From contig CAYJVT010000020.1 in assembly GCA_964373695.1 (NCBI GenBank), positions 1 to 14,092 on the forward strand: a stretch of 14,092 nucleotides of DNA. Reading direction: 5' to 3'. Below are positions 1-6,743 of this stretch, in pieces. Positions within the stretch are counted from its first letter, which is position 1, and each line of letters opens with the position of its first letter. Under the pieces are notes generated by a model. That model had not been told where the DNA came from, did no database searches, and was given only the letters and a program-made list of their open reading frames with translations. A program made the translations under genes and the position numbers. The stretch is from an uncultured archaeon (GTDB lineage: Archaea; Aenigmatarchaeota; Aenigmatarchaeia; GW2011-AR5).

Positions 1-4
1 CATA

Positions 5-148
5 TATAGTGCACAAGGAAAATAATATCCTATTTCTTTCCTTGTAGCACTATAACCGCCGCTTGATTCGTAGAAAGCGTGGCTTTCTCGAATTGCCAGA
101 AGAATTCAAGGAATTCTTTTGGGCAAAAGCAGTGGAATCTGCAGATTT
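5..148 (+). other. Highly structured non-coding segment (hairpin + three-way junction + palindrome) directly upstream of the HD-domain fragment
   Basis: Stem 5-21/37-54 (17 bp, bulged A46). Stem 66-78/82-93. Stem 93-107/111-126 (15 bp, one G-U, one bulge). Enclosing helix 56-64/127-135 (8 of 9 pairs, one G-U). Perfect palindrome AATCTGCAGATT at 136-147. All three + frames have stops within 1-73. Confidence 0.6.
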
Positions 149-370
149 GAAGAATATATTAAAGGTGAGACAAAAGAAGCAAAAATAGTTCAGGATGCCA
201 ACACGCTGGAAGCGCTGATAGAGGCAAAGGAATACGTGCAGCAGGGCATCAAGATAATGAAAAAGTGGTTCAAGGGAAAGGAGTTCAAGGGAAAGGAGTT
301 CAAGGGAAAGACCGGCAAGAAGATTTTCGACGCTCTGAAAAGAGAAAATATTTACTGGTGGAAAGAATAA
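146..370 (+). pseudogene. 3' part of an HD-domain phosphohydrolase (YfbR/HDDC2-like); 5' part absent in frame, so a truncated gene or a 3' exon
   Basis: FEEYIKGETKEAKIVQDANTLEALIEAKEY resembles the C-terminal EEY..T.EA..V.DAD.LE helix of this family. The frame is closed by TAG at 71-73 and no HD motif is present in the window. Confidence 0.55.
268..310 (+). repeat. In-frame 15-bp tandem repeat (GTTCAAGGGAAAGGA x ~2.9) encoding FKGKE-FKGKE-FKGK
   Basis: Perfect copies read directly at 268-282 and 283-297, partial copy at 298-310. Confidence 0.95.
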
Positions 371-412
371 TATTTTTAGTTTTTCTTTGGGAGATGTAGA
401 CAAGAAAGGGAC

Positions 413-754
413 TTATTTATACTCCCGCCACACATTCTTGCACTTCATGTTCGTGCACTTGAAGAACTGCGTCGGAGGCTCGTCCGCGTCGCGGGTCTGC
501 TGGAGCCAGTAATAGGCCTTCTTGTTGCCGCATTTATCGCATTCCCTGTCGGTTATAGGAAGCGGTACGTTGTTCTTTTCTATTATAGGCACCGAGGGCT
601 TTTTCTTCTTCTCCTCAATGAGCCTGATGTTCCTCGCGTCCTTCCTCCTGATGAATTTGCATTTTCTGCACTTCAGTACCAGGCTTTTTCCTTTCTTTTC
701 CGGGACAAGTATCGAGCCGCATTTATCGCAAAAATCCAGACCAGATGCCGCCAT
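413..754 (-). CDS. tfs: Transcription factor S / RpoM (Rpb9-like double zinc ribbon), paralogue 1
   Basis: N-terminal FCDKCGSIL...CRKC and C-terminal CDKC...QTRDADEPPTQFFKC...C with the acidic DE hairpin intact. Confidence 0.95.
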   Translation of the reverse strand: MAASGLDFCDKCGSILVPEKKGKSLVLKCRKCKFIRRKDARNIRLIEEKKKKPSVPIIEKNNVPLPITDRECDKCGNKKAYYWLQQTRDADEPPTQFFKCTNMKCKNVWREYK

Positions 755-793
755 TTCAAAACCCTCTGTTCTTCACACCTTATGAAAAGATGA

Positions 794-827
794 TTATATA
801 AAACTCACTTAATAAGTGAGTTTTGTA
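794..827 (-). promoter_or_regulatory. TATA box of tfs-1 (TTTTATATAA on minus, 803-794) overlapped by a perfect 11-bp inverted repeat
   Basis: AAAACTCACTT (800-810), AAT spacer, AAGTGAGTTTT (814-824); about 40 nt upstream of the ATG at 754. Confidence 0.55.
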
Positions 828-967
828 TGCCAGAATTCTGAGCATTTAATTGAAACCCATTCAAAATCCAGATAAACTTTTCATCATCATCCCACGGTGA
901 CAGCAATTTCCCATCATTTCCCATCATATGGGAATAAGAGAAAGGAAATCCAATATGACAAGTTAGC

Positions 968-1018
968 TTTATATATTTTTCGTGGGACTTTAGTGTTATC
1001 CTGTGGGACAATAGTGGG
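968..1018 (+). promoter_or_regulatory. TATA box (TTTATATA 968-975) followed by helically phased GTGGG boxes; candidate autoregulatory operator
   Basis: GTGGG at 982, GTGTT at 993, GTGGG at 1003 and GTGGG at 1014 (spacing 11, 10, 11), immediately before the AbrB/MraZ-like gene. Confidence 0.55.
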
Positions 1019-1029
1019 GGGTAAACTCC

Positions 1030-1422
1030 GTGAAAAATTTCAACGTGGTGAAGCTGGATTCTAAGGGGAGGATAATAGTGCCGTTTCATATAAGGGACTA
1101 CATAGGGCTGAAGGAGGGTACCGAGCTGATAATAGTCAACAACGAGAAGAGGGAGCTGAGGATATTCCCACTGATAAACGGAAACACGGCGCAGGTAAGG
1201 GCGGTAATTAGCGATGTGCACGGCTCGCTGTCAAAAATAATGACAGCCATAGCCAAGAACAACGTCGACATACTCATGAGCATGTCAAGAACGATAGAAA
1301 GGGGCAAGACGGCCGAATGGTCGGCCATAGTCGACATTTCCGAGTGCAAGAACCCGAAGAAGTTCGAGTCCGACATGTCGAAGCTTGACGTCATCAGGAA
1401 GCTCGAGTTCGAGAGGAAATGA
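1030..1422 (+). CDS. AbrB/MazE/SpoVT (MraZ-like) DNA-binding domain fused to an ACT domain
   Basis: KLDSKGRIIVPFHIRDYIGLKEG swapped-hairpin motif, then an ACT signature ISDVHGSLSKIMTAIAKNNVDIL. GTG start. Confidence 0.85.
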   Translation: MKNFNVVKLDSKGRIIVPFHIRDYIGLKEGTELIIVNNEKRELRIFPLINGNTAQVRAVISDVHGSLSKIMTAIAKNNVDILMSMSRTIERGKTAEWSAIVDISECKNPKKFESDMSKLDVIRKLEFERK

Positions 1423-1472
1423 GCAAAAAACAACGTATTAAAGCGTTTATCGGATAATAAAAGTCCCGAGAT

Positions 1473-2603
1473 GTGATAAAAATGCTTGATATAAAAGACC
1501 GCAGAAGCCAGTTCAGACAAGAAGAAGGCTTTGTAAAGCTATACATGCCAGACGGCCATCTTTTTGAAGGCGGCGGGGAAAGGATATGGAAATATACTGG
1601 TCTTCCGTGGAGTACTTTAAACTGGACTTATGGTGAAGATGTAGGACAGCCGATGAAAAATGGGGGCAATGGATATTCTTCGGACAGCTCGGATACAAGG
1701 AATTATGTTATAGGTGTAAGCGCCAAAGAACTCAAAAGCCTTGGTTATCCTACCAATAACATAGGTAATCTTATAATTGCAGTCAGGAGACCGCACAACA
1801 TACCAGAAGAGCAGTCAGTTTCATCATGGGGAATGGGTATATCCGGAAAAGACTTAATAGCTGATAGGCTGCACATAGATGTTCTGCACCACCATGATGA
1901 GAATTATTTCTTAGAGAAAGTTAGAGAAAAATGTATAATGCCTATGGGAGACCTCAGATACAGGCCATCAAGACTTGCATTTGCTTTCCCGGAAAGATAT
2001 AGAATAGGGAAACCTGAAGATATAATGAGAAAAAGCCCGATAAATAAAAAATATCTGCTGATAGCAACTGAATTCCCATGGCTAACCAAGATTTCACTGG
2101 AAGACAGAAACTTTACCGGAATGAAGGATATAGAAGACGCACGGAATAGTGCACTCCGTGAAGGAAAAGACCCAAACGAAATTGAAATTTCTCCGGGTGA
2201 ATATTTCAGAATAATAGAAACCGAAGGCAAGACAGAGCCTTATGCTATGATAGAAGATACCGACGGCATCATGGATGTGGGCGAAACATTCAGAACTGTA
2301 AGAAAACATGGATTGCTGCCTATGGAGCCTGTATTGATGAGGTCAACGCCTTATTTCATAGTAAATGCAGTCACATATGATATGTTCAAAGAGTTCATTG
2401 ATGAACTCTATTCAAGAATTTCGGAAGGAAGGGACAAACTTAGCGAAGACGATGAAACAAGAGAACTCTTTGAAGACAGAAATGACCCTTCCCTATTCAG
2501 ACTCAAAGGAACTTTCCGGGAAACGGTTCAAAGTACTACAAGAACTTTAATCAAACATCCAGTAACGAGCACGTCCCACCGAGATTCAGCGGCCGTCCTG
2601 TAA
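1473..2603 (+). CDS. hisG: Divergent ATP phosphoribosyltransferase (HisG)-like protein with insertions; probable true start ATG 1482
   Basis: Collinear HisG motifs: KLYMPDGHL, RPHNIP, GISGKDLI, DLRYRPSRLAFAFP, IATEFPWLTK, GKTE, DGIMDVGETFRTVRKHGL, VLMRSTPYFIVN. GTGAT (SD-like) lies before ATG 1482. Confidence 0.7.
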   Translation: MIKMLDIKDRRSQFRQEEGFVKLYMPDGHLFEGGGERIWKYTGLPWSTLNWTYGEDVGQPMKNGGNGYSSDSSDTRNYVIGVSAKELKSLGYPTNNIGNLIIAVRRPHNIPEEQSVSSWGMGISGKDLIADRLHIDVLHHHDENYFLEKVREKCIMPMGDLRYRPSRLAFAFPERYRIGKPEDIMRKSPINKKYLLIATEFPWLTKISLEDRNFTGMKDIEDARNSALREGKDPNEIEISPGEYFRIIETEGKTEPYAMIEDTDGIMDVGETFRTVRKHGLLPMEPVLMRSTPYFIVNAVTYDMFKEFIDELYSRISEGRDKLSEDDETRELFEDRNDPSLFRLKGTFRETVQSTTRTLIKHPVTSTSHRDSAAVL

Positions 2604-3099
2604 CCATTCCTTCTATGTAATAGAGAACAAGCCTGGGCGAACCCAGGAGCGGCATGGCGAAGACCATCCTCCCCTCTATCTGGGAGGGTAATATCGGCTG
2701 GTCGGGGGCGGCATTGTTGTCGCCCTTCGTGACGTAACCGGACTCGGTTTTCCCGACTATCCTGTGCACTATGGTGTATCCGGTGCCTGGCCTTGAGTAT
2801 ATCACGATGTCGCCTACATCGGGGCTGTCGTCCCTCACTATGAAGAGCAGGTCGCCGCAATGCAGGCCGCCGGCTGCAGGGAATTTTGCGAAATCGTCTT
2901 CCGCTATTCCGATGCCGGAATAATAAGCGCCCTTTGAGCTCCAGAAACCGCTGAAATCCTGCGTATGCAACATAGAGTCGGAGACTACGGAGACTATCGG
3001 CATGCCTGTCCCTGTAATAACGGAAAGCCCCTGATAGAAAAGCCACGCAACGACAAACGCCGCCACTATTTCGAGCGCGTCCTTCTTCCCGAAAGCCAT
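2551..3099 (-). CDS. sec11: Signal peptidase I (archaeal Sec11/S26B type)
   Basis: N-terminal TM segment, VVSDSM catalytic Ser, GD, IVHRIV catalytic His, TKGDNN box. Confidence 0.9.
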   Translation of the reverse strand: MAFGKKDALEIVAAFVVAWLFYQGLSVITGTGMPIVSVVSDSMLHTQDFSGFWSSKGAYYSGIGIAEDDFAKFPAAGGLHCGDLLFIVRDDSPDVGDIVIYSRPGTGYTIVHRIVGKTESGYVTKGDNNAAPDQPILPSQIEGRMVFAMPLLGSPRLVLYYIEGMVTGRPLNLGGTCSLLDV

Positions 3100-3116
3100 T
3101 CTGAAGATTTGACTCC

Positions 3117-3153
3117 GGTGCTTAAAAATCCGTTATAACGAATTTTAAGTGCC
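3117..3153. promoter_or_regulatory. Imperfect inverted repeat centred on the palindrome CGTTATAACG, covering the likely TATA box of the signal peptidase gene
   Basis: CTTAAAA (3121-3127) / TTTTAAG (3143-3149) flank the perfect 10-bp palindrome at 3131-3140. Confidence 0.4.
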
Positions 3154-3186
3154 AAAATCCTGGAAGAATTTTGAGCATTTAAGAAC

Positions 3187-4101
3187 TTATTTCCCTTCTG
3201 GACTGGCCATCTTTTTGAACTTGCTGTCCGGCACCTGCGAATACATGCAGTAGCCGAGGCCCTTCCTCAGCGGCCCGTCGAGCTGCTCGCCGGGTATTTC
3301 CTCCACCTCATCTGTGGTGAACGGGGGCTTCTTTGCATCCATCCAGACTGCACGTCCGAACTTCCCCGTTATGAGCCTCTCAGATTCGGACATGACGGCA
3401 CCGTCTATTTCCCTCCTTTCGTACCTGCCCTCCGTGAAATGCCTCAGCAGGGCGTCGCCTGCGGCTTCCTTCAGCACTTCCATCCTTTCGCCCTCCGGCT
3501 TCCTGGGGGCCACCTCGTCAAGAAGCCTTGATACCGCCGGCATGTTTTTCAGCGCCGCATATTCGGTGTAGACGCCTGAACCTATCCTCCTCTCGGCCAG
3601 ATAGAGCCTTTCCGACATCCTGTCCACGTCGTAGGGGCTTATTACGACAAGTCCGTGAAGGAGCGCGCGTTCGACGCCCCAGACCATGGCATGGCTCGCC
3701 ACGACCCTGCCTCCGACGTTGACGGTGGATGCCCTGTTGTCGACAGCCACATCATTTATCCCCAGGCTTTCGAGCGCAAGAGCCACCTTTTCCGCGTAAT
3801 AGGCGCGCATATCCTCGTAATTCCGGAATGTGCCGTCGCGTGGCACGGCAACGGAATACGCGAGTATGTTCGGGCCTGTCTGGACGTGGGAGCCGCCAGA
3901 GATGCGGCGCGCAATTTCATTGTCGCGGCTCTTTATGGCATCTGTCGCCTGGGCATAGCCAAGTATCGTCGCGTCCTTCGGGAAGCTGTAAAGCCTGAAA
4001 GTCGCCTTCCTGGGCATGCGAAGGAAGTACTCCTCGAGGGCCATGTTCGCGAGCGCGCCGTAGCTCCCGCTGCCGAAATATTCGTAATCGAACATCATCA
4101 T
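3187..4101 (-). CDS. Lipoate-protein ligase A / BPL-LplA-LipB family protein, divergent (start may be 4095)
   Basis: NMALEEYFL, FRLYSF, ILGYAQ, IARRISGG, LAYSV and LLHG motifs of the LplA fold. The KxSG lysine motif is replaced by RVVASHA. Confidence 0.8.
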   Translation of the reverse strand: MMMFDYEYFGSGSYGALANMALEEYFLRMPRKATFRLYSFPKDATILGYAQATDAIKSRDNEIARRISGGSHVQTGPNILAYSVAVPRDGTFRNYEDMRAYYAEKVALALESLGINDVAVDNRASTVNVGGRVVASHAMVWGVERALLHGLVVISPYDVDRMSERLYLAERRIGSGVYTEYAALKNMPAVSRLLDEVAPRKPEGERMEVLKEAAGDALLRHFTEGRYERREIDGAVMSESERLITGKFGRAVWMDAKKPPFTTDEVEEIPGEQLDGPLRKGLGYCMYSQVPDSKFKKMASPEGK

Positions 4102-4319
4102 CCACCGCGAAACTCGTTTTCTGAAATACCAGACTGCCTGATTACAGATTTCAATGTTCCTACAGGCACTTCCTTATGGTCCGGAACGACAGTTATGCAA
4201 ACCTTTTGAGGCGTAATTTTCTTCATTCGGACGTGAGAACCTTTTCTTCCTACTATTGCAATACCCCGTCTTGAAAGAATTATGATTTCACGCCCTGAGA
4301 GAACGGGCAGTCTTGACAT
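4098..4319 (-). CDS. hicA: HicA-family mRNase toxin (YcfA/dsRBD fold)
   Basis: MSRLPVLSGRE...RKGSHVRM...VVPDHKEVPVGTLKSVIRQSG; the GSH catalytic His is present. Confidence 0.85.
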   Translation of the reverse strand: MSRLPVLSGREIIILSRRGIAIVGRKGSHVRMKKITPQKVCITVVPDHKEVPVGTLKSVIRQSGISENEFRGG

Positions 4320-4533
4320 TCTTATTAACCTCTACAGAAGTAAGCGTGAGAGAAGTGTCAATCTGAGAAATAGCTGCATTTTCATCCTCCAGATACAGTT
4401 CTATCGCTTCCTTCAGATTATTTTTGGCTTCTTCAATTGTTTTACCAGAGCTTGCTATATCTAATTGAGGGCACCATGAAGGATAAAGGCTTCCTTCTTT
4501 TGTTATCACGACATCAAAGTGCATAAACTTCAC
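4288..4533 (-). CDS. hicB: HicB-family antitoxin (short UPF0150 type)
   Basis: WCPQLDIASSGKTIEEAKNNLKEAIELYLE motif; overlaps hicA by 32 nt. Confidence 0.85.
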   Translation of the reverse strand: MKFMHFDVVITKEGSLYPSWCPQLDIASSGKTIEEAKNNLKEAIELYLEDENAAISQIDTSLTLTSVEVNKNVKTARSLRA

Positions 4534-4610
4534 TTATTAAGATTGTATATAATGTCCGTATTTAAAGTTTTTAGCGTATATTGTAAAATCATTTTTTCCG
4601 GTGTGATTGT

Positions 4611-5009
4611 ATGGACCTAACCAAGAATTTTCCGAGAAGCCCCTACGACATGAATGCCGGTGTCGTGATGCTGCCGCGCACTACGGACAAGGCAAAGGCA
4701 TTCAATGAAGGGACGTTGGGAGAATATCACTACAACTGCCCCCTTGACAAGGCTGTTCTTGAATTTTTCGGCATCAGCGCAGAGAAATTTGCAAAGAAAG
4801 TCAAGGAACTAAAGACTGACGAAAAGATTGCCGAATGGCTTTCCGGAAAGAAGACGCAGAAAGAGAAAGACACATTTAATAACATGATGAGGCACTTAAG
4901 CCCTGACACGCCCGAGAAGAAGCAGCGGCTCGCGGAGCAGATAAAAATGCACGGCAAGCAGGTCAGGACGTATTTCGATAATTTAGATGCGGACGAGAAG
5001 AGGTTTTGA
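4611..5009 (+). CDS. DUF5069-like protein
   Basis: DLTKNFPRSP...LPRTTDKAKA...GTLGEYHYNCPLD...FFGI matches the recalled DUF5069 consensus. GTGAT SD-like site before the ATG. Confidence 0.75.
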   Translation: MDLTKNFPRSPYDMNAGVVMLPRTTDKAKAFNEGTLGEYHYNCPLDKAVLEFFGISAEKFAKKVKELKTDEKIAEWLSGKKTQKEKDTFNNMMRHLSPDTPEKKQRLAEQIKMHGKQVRTYFDNLDADEKRF

Positions 5010-5010
5010 A

Positions 5011-5457
5011 TCATCTTTCCCATATTTCCCTTATTTGGGGAGTTATCTTGAATTTTGATAAAATTTCCCTCAATTCCTTTGTTTTTTCTACTGGAATAAG
5101 GATTGCATTGGAAGAAATTTTCACTCCGCTGTATTTTTCAACAAATCCCTTTTGATAATATATTTTTCCATTTTTGGTTAATCTATAACCATATAACTCC
5201 CTTATAAGCTTCATTTTATCCTTTTGCTTAATCTTATTTAGGGAAAATGTGGCCAGAATTCTATGCTGCATTTCTTTGGGAAATTTTTCAAATTTTCCGT
5301 ATAACAATATACCATTAGAAATAAATAGTCGACGTCGCCGATTCGCAGTCCTTCTATCAAGGCTTCCCTGTCGTCCGGGCCTGACGACGCATCTGAACAA
5401 TGTAGGATGATGGAGGCTTTGCTCAAACAAAAATCTTTCAGCATAATTCAGTGGCAT
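5011..5457 (-). pseudogene. Composite or degenerate gene: basic, AT-rich 3' part (5011-5322) looks like a real C-terminal domain, possibly of archaeal nucleotidyltransferase fusions; 5' part does not look protein-like in this frame
   Basis: ISNGILLYGK...FSLNKIKQKDKMKLIRELYGY...KISSNAILIP...EIWE from 5322 down. Abrupt shift to GC-rich sequence above about 5330. A second frame (5238-5444) reads more protein-like over 5322-5444. Confidence 0.4.
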
Positions 5458-5537
5458 AGTAAATTATGCCGCCGCATCTTTTTAACTATAAGCGAGAAAA
5501 TTTTCAATTCCGGAAGAATTACGCCCGGACTGCGCTT

Positions 5538-6722
5538 TCAGAACCTTCTTCTCCTGAAACCCATGCGGTTGCCGAACCTGCTCCTTCTTTCAGGCATACT
5601 GAACTTTATTATCGGGAACTTCTCCTGTACGCCTTTCTCTATCTCCTGCTTCCCTATTATCTTGCGGAATGGCTCGTGGTCGCGGGGCGAAAGAAGTGTG
5701 ATAGCCTTTCCCTCGGCGCCTATGCGGGCCGTGCGCCCTATCCTGTGGATGTAATCCTCCGGGCCGTTCGGGCAGTCGTAGTTGAATATGTGGGTGACGT
5801 TCTTTATGTCAAGGCCTCGGGCCGCGACGTCGGTCGCCACGAGGACATGCACCTTCCCTGCATGGAACCCTTCCATTATGGCGCTCCTCCTGCTCTGCGT
5901 GTGGCCGCCGTGAATCGCTTTTGCCTCGATTCCGTTCTGCTCAAGGGCGGAAGAGACGATGTCCGTTATACCGCGGGTGGCGCAGAACACTATCGCGAGC
6001 GTCGGCTTCTCCTTCTTCACGAGATGCACCAGAAGCGACATCTTGTACTCGTTCTTGACGTCGTAATAGACCTGCTTCAGCTTGTGCTTCGGCACCTGGG
6101 GCTGGGCCTTCACCCTGACCGGCTGCGTCATGTAGTGCCTTATTATGTACATGAGCTCGTCGGGTATGGTGGCGGAAAACATCAGAGTCTGGCGGGTTTT
6201 CGGCATCTGGCTGACTATGAGCTTTATATCGTCTATGAAGCCCATATCGAGCATCCTGTCGGCCTCGTCAAAGACCAGTATTTTCAGGCCGTTGTACCTT
6301 ATGTTGCCGCGCCTCATGTGATCAAGGATACGTCCGGGCGTGCCGACGACGATATCGGCATGCCTGAGGTTGGCTATCTGGGGCTCCATCGAGACTCCGC
6401 CGTAAATCTCGCAGATGCTTATGCGCATGTACTTGGAGAACTTCACCATATGCTTCGTTATCTGGTCAGCAAGCTCCCTGGTCGGCGCCAGAATCAGGGC
6501 CTGTATGCCTTTCCCGTGCTGGACGCCCTGGACTATGGGAACGGCGAATGCCAGCGTCTTGCCAGAGCCCGTCATGGACTGTCCTATAACGTCCCTGCCT
6601 TCAAGGGCATGGGGCATGGACTTTTCCTGTATTTCGGTTGGCTCCGCGATGCCCATGTCACGTATGGCCTTGAGAACCCTTTCATCTATCTTCATTTCGC
6701 TGAACTTCATTCTTTCACACAT
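5538..6722 (-). CDS. DEAD-box ATP-dependent RNA helicase (CshA/DeaD-like); start may be 6710
   Basis: Q motif PTEIQ, TGSGKT, PTRELA, TPGRILD, DEAD, SAT, HGG, TDVAARGLD and HRIGRTAR; Arg-rich tail. Confidence 0.97.
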   Translation of the reverse strand: MCERMKFSEMKIDERVLKAIRDMGIAEPTEIQEKSMPHALEGRDVIGQSMTGSGKTLAFAVPIVQGVQHGKGIQALILAPTRELADQITKHMVKFSKYMRISICEIYGGVSMEPQIANLRHADIVVGTPGRILDHMRRGNIRYNGLKILVFDEADRMLDMGFIDDIKLIVSQMPKTRQTLMFSATIPDELMYIIRHYMTQPVRVKAQPQVPKHKLKQVYYDVKNEYKMSLLVHLVKKEKPTLAIVFCATRGITDIVSSALEQNGIEAKAIHGGHTQSRRSAIMEGFHAGKVHVLVATDVAARGLDIKNVTHIFNYDCPNGPEDYIHRIGRTARIGAEGKAITLLSPRDHEPFRKIIGKQEIEKGVQEKFPIIKFSMPERRSRFGNRMGFRRRRF

Positions 6723-6743
6723 GAATGTTATAAGGATGATTAT

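Noticed and set aside
5-148. Group II intron 3' end
   Set aside because: There is a bulged A (46), but no domain V consensus, and the bulge is about 100 nt from the presumed junction.
268-310. CRISPR array
   Set aside because: Tandem copies have no spacers and lie in frame in coding sequence.
50-403. 117-aa minus ORF with LELLS repeats
   Set aside because: It is the antisense reading of the HD fragment and its 15-bp repeat.
805-1520. Minus-strand ORFs of 138 and 140 aa
   Set aside because: They overlap the AbrB-ACT gene and its promoter in antisense, with no motifs.
3314-4209. Several + strand ORFs (85, 64, 184 and 89 aa)
   Set aside because: Antisense to the LplA-like and hicA genes; no family motifs.
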